From an uncultured Planctomycetia bacterium (GTDB lineage Bacteria; Omnitrophota; Gorgyraeia; 1-14-0-20-64-10), in the NCBI GenBank assembly GCA_964597545.1, contig CAZQXN010000002.1:88234-152233 (forward strand): a stretch of DNA of 64,000 bases, given 5' to 3'. Under the pieces are notes generated by a model, which saw only the letters and a list, made by a program, of their open reading frames with translations, made no database searches and had not been told where the DNA came from. The position numbers and the translations under genes were made by a program. The stretch's first letter is position 1, and the number at the start of each line of letters is the position of its first letter. This document shows, in pieces, positions 1 to 7,559 of the stretch.

Positions 1-7
1 CAACACG

Positions 8-3000
8 GTGGATCCTCAAACCCTGGTGGCCGAGTGGGACGTCATCGATCCTGAGACGGGCACTTGGCTGCGGGCCGATGGGCAGGTGGAGATCTCCCTG
101 ATTCCGGATGAAAAGAAGCGCAAGGTCGACGGTTCGCTGGCCGCCTACCGACACTTCGGTTTCAAGGATCCGGTTTCCGCCTATCCGGGTTTGGTGGAGG
201 CGATACGGAATCAACTCAAGCCCGGCGGTGTGGTGTACTACGGTTTCTCCAGCGCGGTGGTCAGCCGCTCTCCGCAGGTGATGATTCGGGCAGTGGCCGA
301 AGCCCTTGCCCGGGAGGATGTGGCGAAGGTGTGGCTCGGCAATGTCACCTGGAACAACGAGACTGCCTTCATGGAGTGGACCGATGAGGCAGACTTCCAT
401 GAGATGGCCACCGGCCTGCCCTTGGCCGAAACCATGGACTACATGGTGGTCAACAGTGAATGGCCGCACGAAGCCGCGCTTGGCGAAGCGCGAGGATTGG
501 CAGAAGCGCTTGAAGGCAGCTATCCGGAGGCCTTGGAGGCGGCGGATCAAGCCATTCAAGAGACCGGAGGTGACAGGGCCGATTTAGCTCAGGAAGCGAT
601 CAAGCGACTCTCAGGGGTTGCGGGCATCAAGAATCCTGTCCGCCAACTCCTGCTGGGCATTTTGCTGTCTGACTGGGGAGACAATTCAACCGGCTGGAAG
701 TTTCGCGGGGGGCGCCCTCTCGGCAAATCGCAGAGCACCGCTCTTCAAAAACGCGGGCTCACCCTGTTGGAGCTTCCCTTTCTCCGGTTGGGGAGATCAC
801 CCATGCGGTTGGGCTACGGCGCGGACCGGAGAGACGTTAATCTGCCCTTGCCGATAGTGGATCCTGCGCAGTTTCGGTTGATTGATAAGATGGTCCGCGG
901 CCACTTTGCCCAGAAGAGCGGGCTGGAGGAGGGCACCCTGGGCAATCCGGATCTGGAGCGTGCGATGATCGAAAGCCCGACTTCGAACCAATGGCACCAG
1001 GCCTTTTTTGAGACGATGCCTACAGGGGCTGATTTCTTCTGGTGGTTTCCAGCGGCGCGCACCTTCATCAAGGACCATCCGCAGGTGATCACGGAAGATT
1101 TCCTGACCCTGCTGTGTGAGTCGGTTTCCAATCCGGGATTCAGCCGCTTCCACCGGCACGCGGCCTTCTGGCTCCTTTCCTCCCTGGCCTCCGAGCCGAT
1201 GGAGCTGCCCCCTGTCGGCGTCATACGGCCGGAGTATGAGTTGATCGTAAGCAACGCCTCACTCCGGCTCGCATGGAAGGATGACGCGCAGGATCAACCC
1301 CTCATTCGGGAGCTTCTTTCGGATGAGGGCATCACGGTGCACTCTCTTGCGATGCTGCCCCGGCAGGGCGCCAATGCGGGAACCTACCGGGCAGAGGTTG
1401 CCATGAGTCCCGGGGCACCCTCCGCAACAGTGGCGGTTAAGATCATCTATCCGATTCGATCCTATCGAGACCGCTTTCCAACCTTCTTCGGGACATTCGC
1501 CGATCTGGATCGCGAGGATCTGGAAGCAGGGCAGGCCAAGCGGCTTGTCTATCAGGAGCTTGCGGGAGATTGGATGGCCCGGCTTTTAAAGACGACCACA
1601 AAGTACCTTGCGTATCAGCACCCCGTGGCCCCTGGGGTGTCGTATCAGGAGGATCCTCCCTACTCTGGGCCAGGACTGGCGGCGACGTTCCCAGAGATCC
1701 ATACCGTTGCTTTAACGCCGCATGTACTCGTTGAGGAGTTTGTGGAGGGGGAGGATCTTGGCTACCTTGTGGAGCGAGGGGAGCACGAACTGCTGCCAGA
1801 TGCTACTCGGGCTGCGCGCTACGCCTATGAGCAGATCTGGGCCCATACGCAGGGTTTTGCCGCAAGCGATCCCAAGCCGACCAACGTGGTGGTTTGGCAG
1901 GAGGCCGGACAATGGCGCGCCAAAGTGGTGGACCTGATCGAGTTTGACCGCAAAACCGATGCAGAACTGCGCAAGCAGCTGGATCACTCTCTCCCGCTTG
2001 CCCTAGCCCGGGTTCCCGGCGGACAGGAGGAGATCCATCAGACGTTCCGGAGGCTGGAGAGCGAGCCCTGGCTGGCGGCTTGGAATGAGGCCTTCCAAGG
2101 TTTTGCCGAGATGGCGTCAGAGCGCCCGGAGCTGTTTGATTCCTTTGGGCTGCTGATTGACCAGAGCGCTGACGGTTTGGGCCAGCATCGGCTTGAGGTC
2201 GTCATCCCTCATCCTGAGCGCCTCAATGACGATGAGCGCGGAATGACGGTGCGCTATCTGGGAGCGATCCTGAACAACGCGGCCTGGCTTTCCATGAAGC
2301 AGCCGAAGGATACCGCCAAATCTCACGCGGTGATTTCTCTTTCCGGCGCATGGGCTCAGCGCGTCAATGACTGGCTGAAGAATGAAACCCGGCTGATTGA
2401 ATCCTTAAGCCCCACCATGCTCTATGGCCCGGTCTCTGTGGAGGTTGTTGGCGCCCTGCCGCCGGCCACCACCACGGCCGCCACCACGCCGGTCGCCTAT
2501 GCCCAGGTCAATGGGAAGAGTTTCAATCCAAGGGCAGGGGTCCCCATTGTGGGGGTGGATCTGGGCGGCACAAACCTCAAGATCAGCATACTTCAGGGCG
2601 GCCGAATGGTTCATGGAGAGGTTATTGCCGATTGGCGTGCCCAGGAGGCCGAGGTTGCCAGAGTAGGGCTGGCTCGATTCCTGGTTGACCAGATTCGCAA
2701 GAGACTCAGCGACGCCGACATTCAAGAGCTGCCCCAGGTGATCGGCATGTCCTGGCCAGGGCCGGTCCGCACCCCCAAGATCCTGGGCTCGGTTTCCATA
2801 GAGACCTTTCTGGCGGGGCTGATTGACAAGGTAAACCAAGGAGAGCTCTCCGGAGATGAGAGCAGGCTTCGCGCAGAGCTTGAGATGATGGAAGCAGGGC
2901 GCTTTATGGCGGCTTTGGGAAGCGCCTTGGACGAGACGGAGATGGAAGAAGTGATCCTCCTGCCTTACCGGGACGCCTTTGCCGAGGCCTTTGGGGTGGC

Positions 3001-4141
3001 GGTGGCCAGCTACCATCCGGCGTTTACGGGCAAAGCCCGCAGCGCCGTGCCCGCTCCAAGGATTGTCATCGTCACCTCCACCCTTGGAACCGGTGTCGCG
3101 ATCTATCTCGTTGAGCCTGACGGTCGGATTGCCCGGGATACACTCCTGTATGAGTTGGGGCGGCTTGTCATCAGCATGGACCCCTCGCAGACCAAGCCCA
3201 ACCGCTCCACGGGGTTGTACGGAACGCTGCGCCAGTTTTTCAGCAACGACGCGGTGCGCCTGGACGATGCCGAACACACCTCGCAAGCCGGTGAGGCGCT
3301 TGCAATGACGGCCCTCGTGCTCGAAGATGCGTTGGGGGCCGGCCGCATGACCCTTTCCGGGGGCAATGCCCGGCTGGAGATCGTCACGGCGGCCGAGGAG
3401 GCGCTGAAATGGATAAACACCTCCACCGAACAACCGACCAGCATGCACATTGAACTCAGCCCTGTTGCTGGGTTGACGGGAGCCGAGCCTATCTACACCC
3501 CCTCGATTGGTGCTGGCTGGGCGGCGTTGGCCGACAGCTTTGCTCCGGTTGAAGAGGAAGCTACTCCGGCAGAGCAGAAGGCCTCTGCGGGTTTGGAGGA
3601 GCTCATCACCATCGCCGAGGACACCATCAACGAGCCCGGCTTTGCCGACGCCTTGGCCTCCGGCCGCGGCACCGTACGCCTTCCCACAGCAGAGGCCAAC
3701 CGCCTCTTCGGCGCCCCCATTGCCCTCATCACCCAAGTCTCGGAGACCACAACCTCCTTCGGCCCTGAGGGCCTGGTCTTCATCGACGACGACCTGATAG
3801 TCAACACCGATGCCTTTGACCCCTTCCCCACGATCTCAACCGGCCCCACCGGAACCGGCACCCTCGCTGTCTTTCCTGAGATCCGCGAAGAGGATTTGGT
3901 TGTTGCCCAGACTGACGACCTCACCCAACTGCAGATCACCACCGCCCTAAACAACACCTTTGCTCCGGGTCAAGCCCCCCGAGTCATCATGGCCGGCTTA
4001 GAAGACGTTCAGACCCTCACCGCCAAGGCCATCGTCACCCTGTGGACCGACCCGAACCTGCCGGATGTGGTGATGATCGGCATTGTTGTGCAGATCAAGA
4101 ATCAGGCTGGAGAGACCTTCCAGCTCATCGTTGCGGCGTAA
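8..4141 (+). CDS. Large multidomain protein (1377 aa within the window; the ORF may continue upstream of position 1). It carries an internal ROK/ASKHA sugar-kinase-like domain at ~nt 2537-3190. Its C-terminal ~180 aa domain is shared with the next ORF.
   Basis: Long uninterrupted ORF. The phosphate-1 motif 'VGVDLGGTNLKISIL', the later 'LGTGVAIYLVEPDG' and 'ELGRLVI' match the ROK glucokinase pattern. An 'AGLEEL' linker precedes a C-terminal domain that is ~85% identical to the C-terminus of ORF 4229..7537. Confidence 0.6.
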   Translation: MDPQTLVAEWDVIDPETGTWLRADGQVEISLIPDEKKRKVDGSLAAYRHFGFKDPVSAYPGLVEAIRNQLKPGGVVYYGFSSAVVSRSPQVMIRAVAEALAREDVAKVWLGNVTWNNETAFMEWTDEADFHEMATGLPLAETMDYMVVNSEWPHEAALGEARGLAEALEGSYPEALEAADQAIQETGGDRADLAQEAIKRLSGVAGIKNPVRQLLLGILLSDWGDNSTGWKFRGGRPLGKSQSTALQKRGLTLLELPFLRLGRSPMRLGYGADRRDVNLPLPIVDPAQFRLIDKMVRGHFAQKSGLEEGTLGNPDLERAMIESPTSNQWHQAFFETMPTGADFFWWFPAARTFIKDHPQVITEDFLTLLCESVSNPGFSRFHRHAAFWLLSSLASEPMELPPVGVIRPEYELIVSNASLRLAWKDDAQDQPLIRELLSDEGITVHSLAMLPRQGANAGTYRAEVAMSPGAPSATVAVKIIYPIRSYRDRFPTFFGTFADLDREDLEAGQAKRLVYQELAGDWMARLLKTTTKYLAYQHPVAPGVSYQEDPPYSGPGLAATFPEIHTVALTPHVLVEEFVEGEDLGYLVERGEHELLPDATRAARYAYEQIWAHTQGFAASDPKPTNVVVWQEAGQWRAKVVDLIEFDRKTDAELRKQLDHSLPLALARVPGGQEEIHQTFRRLESEPWLAAWNEAFQGFAEMASERPELFDSFGLLIDQSADGLGQHRLEVVIPHPERLNDDERGMTVRYLGAILNNAAWLSMKQPKDTAKSHAVISLSGAWAQRVNDWLKNETRLIESLSPTMLYGPVSVEVVGALPPATTTAATTPVAYAQVNGKSFNPRAGVPIVGVDLGGTNLKISILQGGRMVHGEVIADWRAQEAEVARVGLARFLVDQIRKRLSDADIQELPQVIGMSWPGPVRTPKILGSVSIETFLAGLIDKVNQGELSGDESRLRAELEMMEAGRFMAALGSALDETEMEEVILLPYRDAFAEAFGVAVASYHPAFTGKARSAVPAPRIVIVTSTLGTGVAIYLVEPDGRIARDTLLYELGRLVISMDPSQTKPNRSTGLYGTLRQFFSNDAVRLDDAEHTSQAGEALAMTALVLEDALGAGRMTLSGGNARLEIVTAAEEALKWINTSTEQPTSMHIELSPVAGLTGAEPIYTPSIGAGWAALADSFAPVEEEATPAEQKASAGLEELITIAEDTINEPGFADALASGRGTVRLPTAEANRLFGAPIALITQVSETTTSFGPEGLVFIDDDLIVNTDAFDPFPTISTGPTGTGTLAVFPEIREEDLVVAQTDDLTQLQITTALNNTFAPGQAPRVIMAGLEDVQTLTAKAIVTLWTDPNLPDVVMIGIVVQIKNQAGETFQLIVAA
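2537..3190 (+). other. ROK-family (ASKHA fold) sugar-kinase-like domain embedded in the large protein
   Basis: DxGGT-type 'GVDLGGTN', 'MSWPGPV' (cf. ROK 'GIGvPGpv'), 'LGTGVAIY..PDGRI', 'ELGRLVI' (cf. ROK 'EiGH'). Confidence 0.5.
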
Positions 4142-4228
4142 CGTCATCCCCGACTTGATCGGGGATCAGATCCTCGCTTTGACGAGGGTGACAAAAGGAG
4201 TAGCGGGAATGACAGTAAAGGGATTAAA

Positions 4229-7200
4229 TTGAAACGGCTGACAGCGGCATTCCTTGGTTTCTCTTTTGCCCTCTTTCCACAGGTTTTGCCAAAGGTTTGG
4301 GCGGCCGGGACCGACTTGCAAAAGGGGTCAGACCCCTTTACCCCCCGAAGGGGTCAGACCCCTACACTCAGACCTGCTCAGTCTGCAGATCAGAAGGAGA
4401 CCGAAGCCCGCCGGAAAAACCCTGTTTTGGCAGGACTGGAAGAGAGATTAACCGCTCCCTCCGGATTTGACAGACGGGAGTTTCTAAAACGGGGAATAGC
4501 GGGAATGGGGGCTGCAGGCTTGGGGTTGGCCCCTCTCCGGCATCTTCTGGCCCAGGCCGAGCGCGATCCGGAAAAAGCCGCACTGGTAGCGCGCGTTCGC
4601 CGGATGCTGAACCCCGACGATTACAAGGATTCGGTCCGGTTCATCGACAGGCAGCGGATTACAGGGCAGCCCCCTGTGATGCCGATCAACATTCCGGCCG
4701 AGGCCTTAGAGAGGTACCGCCGAGTGCGGGGCAGAGATTTTCGCGGGTTTAATTTCAACGGGCTTCACCGGAGTTACCGATCAGATCCCGATAACCCACA
4801 CTGGGCAGGGCCGGAAGGCTCTGCTCAGATGGCGAAATTCGGGAGGGTTTGGATTTATGATTCAGCCTTGGGTATCAAGGCCGAAGTGGGAGCCGCGCAG
4901 GCAGCCCTGGCCGATGGGCGAAGAGATGACGCCCTTGAACGGTTTAATCTCCTCTGGCGATCATCCCGTGCTTTGGTGGAATTGGGCAAGGACGAGGAGG
5001 CCCTTGGATTCTCCGGCGGCTGGCACTTTTCCTACAACACCGATGGCGACAGCTGGATTGACCCTCGTGCGCCCATGGGCGGGGTCTTGTGGGGCATCAA
5101 CGCTCTGTATGACGCCATCGGTTTTGTATTGACTGCCGACGATCCGGCCATCCGTTCGCATCGACAGGAGGCGCTGGAGCTGTTGGTCTGGGTCGACATG
5201 CTGGTTAAGCGGTTGGTCTTTTTCATGCAGGTGATGGACCCGGACGATCCCAGAGACGGCCTTATCCGGAACATGGTGTACAACAGCTTGATAGATGCAG
5301 GTCTTTCCATGGACGATGCCGGTTACCGCGTTTATGAGGGGCAGCCCAACCGAGCCGGTCAGTTTGTGATCTTTGAACACAATGCCGATTTGGCCGATGT
5401 TCTCCGCAACGCCGCTAAGGTCAATGCCGCAGCCGCCCTGATCGACGCCCGATTCCAGTCTCCGAAATTCCAGAAAGGGTTTATGGACGAGCTGCCGGTG
5501 CGGCACGAGCGGTTGCTCAATGCCCTGTGGGATAAGGCTTGGGTCGGGGACCACTTTGTCACCGCTATGGAGGCGGATGGAACCATCAACACTTCGGTAG
5601 CGCTTGACAACCAGACATGGGTTGCCGGGGTGTTTCTGCCGTACAGCGAGGATCGGGTCTGGCGAGCGCTCGACTATGCCTGGGAGGAATTCCGGACCAA
5701 GGGGCGCGATGGACGGATTGCCACCCGGTTGGGGGACTTGGTGCTGGAGGATGTTCCGGCTGCCGGCAGAAGGTGGGTTCAACAGCTTGCCGACGAGGAA
5801 ATTGCCGCTGTCCACTTCTTTGATTGGAATTTTAAGGACCCGTATGTGGTGGTGCCCGCTGCCCGCCGCCACAAGTTGATCGAGATGGTTCAACCCGAGG
5901 CGAACGAAGGCATTCGGGATCTGCTCATCCGGGTGGCGCTCGTGACGCGAGATCCTCAACGCCGAGAGGCGGCCCTCCGGCGGGCGGAGCTCATCACCAA
6001 GACCCTCTCCATGATCCGGAAGATCTACGGGGGGCTGCCCTATGCCACCAACTATATTCCGGATCTGATGAGCACGCTGCAGGCGATGGCGCCGGAGGCG
6101 AGTTTTGCGACCGTCTCGACCCGCTTGATGGGGGCGCCGGTCGCCCTGATCGGCACAGCTGCGCCGGATCACTTCACCTTCCAGGGGCGCAGGCCCGGCG
6201 AAGCTCCTGCGACGGTTACGCCCATGCGCGAGCCCGCGGTTGAGCCTGCTGTGCCCGCGGTTGAGCCTGCTGTGCCCGCGGTTGAGCCTGCTGTGCCCGC
6301 GGTCCCTGGCAAGCTGTCGGCAAAGGTGCTCGAGCTCAAGCCTGCCTACATGACACTCCAGCTTACAGTCCCCGAGCGCCTCAAGGGCAAGCAGTTCTTC
6401 GCCGTCGCCTTCATCAAGACCGACCAATGGTATCCCCAGCCTTCTATGAGAAAGAGCGAATTGATGAAGCGGGTGCGCTCGAGCGGCGAGGTCACCCTCA
6501 CGACCGTGGTTCCCCGTTCTCCCTTTGTCGGGGGCGGGATCCGCGGCCGGGCGGTTGCCCTCTTTGATAGCGAGGAGGCGTTCGACGCTTTCCTCAAAGA
6601 TTTTTCGAGGGCGGGCGATCGAGCGACCGCGCAGCACGCAGTCCAAATCTTTTTGATCAGCGAAGAGAAACAGGTAACGCCCACCGATCGACTGAGTTTC
6701 CATCACCCATCGATCAACAGCCCTTTGCTCAGCCGCAGCACCTTCCGTGGCCCTGCAGTTGAAGTGGGGCCTGGTTCAGCAGCGTTGGCCGCTGCCCAGC
6801 AGCCTCTCTCGGATACTTTGTTGGCCGAGGTTCTCTCGCCGGCGCCGGCCGGTTCTATGGGGAATCTGCCTCTGGCGATGGGGACCTCGGCCCGACTCTC
6901 TGAAGCGCTCCTCTCGGGCTTGGAAGAAGCCGTTGGTTTCAGCCACACCATTCAGAAGAACCATCTCAGCTTGTCGCAATTGACCGGAAGATTGGAGGAG
7001 CTCATCACCATCGCCGAGGACACCATCAACCAGTCCGGCTTTGCCGACGCCTTGGCCTCCGGCCACGGCACCGTGGTCCTCCCGCCGGCTGAAGCCGGCC
7101 GCCTCTTCGGCGCCCCCATTGCCCTCATCACCCAGGCCGGAGCACCCACCTCAGCCCCTGAGGCGCTGATCTTTGCCGACACCGACCTGATAGGAGTCAA

Positions 7201-7537
7201 CACCACTGCCTTTAGCCCCTTTGCTACTATTCCGGTGGGCTCCACAGGAGACGACATCCTCTCTGCCCTCCCTGAAGTCCGCAAAGGGGATTTGGTTGTT
7301 GCCCAGACTGACGACCTCACCCAACCGCAGATCACCGCCGCCCTAAACAACACCTTTGCTCCGGGCCAAGCCCCCCGAGTGATCATGGCCGGCTTAGAAG
7401 ACGTTCAGACCCTCACCGTCAAGGCCATCGTCACCCTCTGGACCGACCCGAACCTGCCGGATGTCATGGTGATCGGCGTGGTCCTCGAGCTCAAATCCAG
7501 AGCCGGCAACACCTACCTGCTCATCGTTGCGGCGTAA
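4229..7537 (+). CDS. Large secreted protein (1102 aa from the track's TTG start). It has a Sec-like N-terminus, or alternatively a Tat-type signal if translation starts at TTG 4427. It contains an (AVEPAVP)n tandem repeat and a C-terminal ~180 aa domain paralogous to the C-terminus of the first ORF.
   Basis: N-terminus 'MKRLTAAFLGFSFALFPQVLPKVWAAG'. Internal 'SGFDRREFLKRGIAGMGAAGLGLAPLRHLLAQA' looks like a Tat signal. C-terminus 'RLEELITIAEDTINQSGFADALASG...LLIVAA'. Confidence 0.6.
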   Translation: MKRLTAAFLGFSFALFPQVLPKVWAAGTDLQKGSDPFTPRRGQTPTLRPAQSADQKETEARRKNPVLAGLEERLTAPSGFDRREFLKRGIAGMGAAGLGLAPLRHLLAQAERDPEKAALVARVRRMLNPDDYKDSVRFIDRQRITGQPPVMPINIPAEALERYRRVRGRDFRGFNFNGLHRSYRSDPDNPHWAGPEGSAQMAKFGRVWIYDSALGIKAEVGAAQAALADGRRDDALERFNLLWRSSRALVELGKDEEALGFSGGWHFSYNTDGDSWIDPRAPMGGVLWGINALYDAIGFVLTADDPAIRSHRQEALELLVWVDMLVKRLVFFMQVMDPDDPRDGLIRNMVYNSLIDAGLSMDDAGYRVYEGQPNRAGQFVIFEHNADLADVLRNAAKVNAAAALIDARFQSPKFQKGFMDELPVRHERLLNALWDKAWVGDHFVTAMEADGTINTSVALDNQTWVAGVFLPYSEDRVWRALDYAWEEFRTKGRDGRIATRLGDLVLEDVPAAGRRWVQQLADEEIAAVHFFDWNFKDPYVVVPAARRHKLIEMVQPEANEGIRDLLIRVALVTRDPQRREAALRRAELITKTLSMIRKIYGGLPYATNYIPDLMSTLQAMAPEASFATVSTRLMGAPVALIGTAAPDHFTFQGRRPGEAPATVTPMREPAVEPAVPAVEPAVPAVEPAVPAVPGKLSAKVLELKPAYMTLQLTVPERLKGKQFFAVAFIKTDQWYPQPSMRKSELMKRVRSSGEVTLTTVVPRSPFVGGGIRGRAVALFDSEEAFDAFLKDFSRAGDRATAQHAVQIFLISEEKQVTPTDRLSFHHPSINSPLLSRSTFRGPAVEVGPGSAALAAAQQPLSDTLLAEVLSPAPAGSMGNLPLAMGTSARLSEALLSGLEEAVGFSHTIQKNHLSLSQLTGRLEELITIAEDTINQSGFADALASGHGTVVLPPAEAGRLFGAPIALITQAGAPTSAPEALIFADTDLIGVNTTAFSPFATIPVGSTGDDILSALPEVRKGDLVVAQTDDLTQPQITAALNNTFAPGQAPRVIMAGLEDVQTLTVKAIVTLWTDPNLPDVMVIGVVLELKSRAGNTYLLIVAA
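6236..6306 (+). repeat. 21-bp tandem repeat (gcggttgagcctgctgtgccc), ~3.3 copies, in frame, encoding (AVEPAVP)n
   Basis: Direct reading of the sequence: 'PAVEPAVPAVEPAVPAVEPAVPAVPG'. Confidence 0.9.
6992..7537 (+). repeat. ~545-bp direct repeat of 3596..4141 (roughly 85-90% nt identity; includes an exact 37-mer ggaggagctcatcaccatcgccgaggacaccatcaac). It encodes the shared C-terminal domain of the two large ORFs.
   Basis: The nt and aa alignments of the two 3' ends were read directly. Confidence 0.85.
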
Positions 7538-7559
7538 GAGACGAAGTTGCGATAAAATA

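Noticed and set aside
2405-3736. A 443-aa minus-strand ORF, and many similar long antisense ORFs (e.g. 4961..6706, 10951..11913, 12721..13638, 15896..16624, 25523..26518, 26899..28464, 29815..30546, 30631..31587, 33873..34481, 43783..44742, 44854..45924, 52286..53632, 58754..59710, 63252..63917)
   Set aside because: They lie entirely antisense to plus-strand genes with strong homology or domain evidence. Their composition is Arg/Gly/Pro-rich and low-complexity, typical of open antisense frames in ~62% GC DNA. They have no start-site context.
4200-4510. Two copies of 'tagcgggaatg' (4201 and 4496)
   Set aside because: The match is short (11 nt) and has no flanking similarity, so it is probably coincidental.
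7527-7559. The track start of the 830-aa ORF at 7527 ('MRRKRRSCDKI')
   Set aside because: It overlaps the last codons of the preceding gene. The ATG at 7560 immediately precedes a clean signal/TM segment, so 7560 was used instead.
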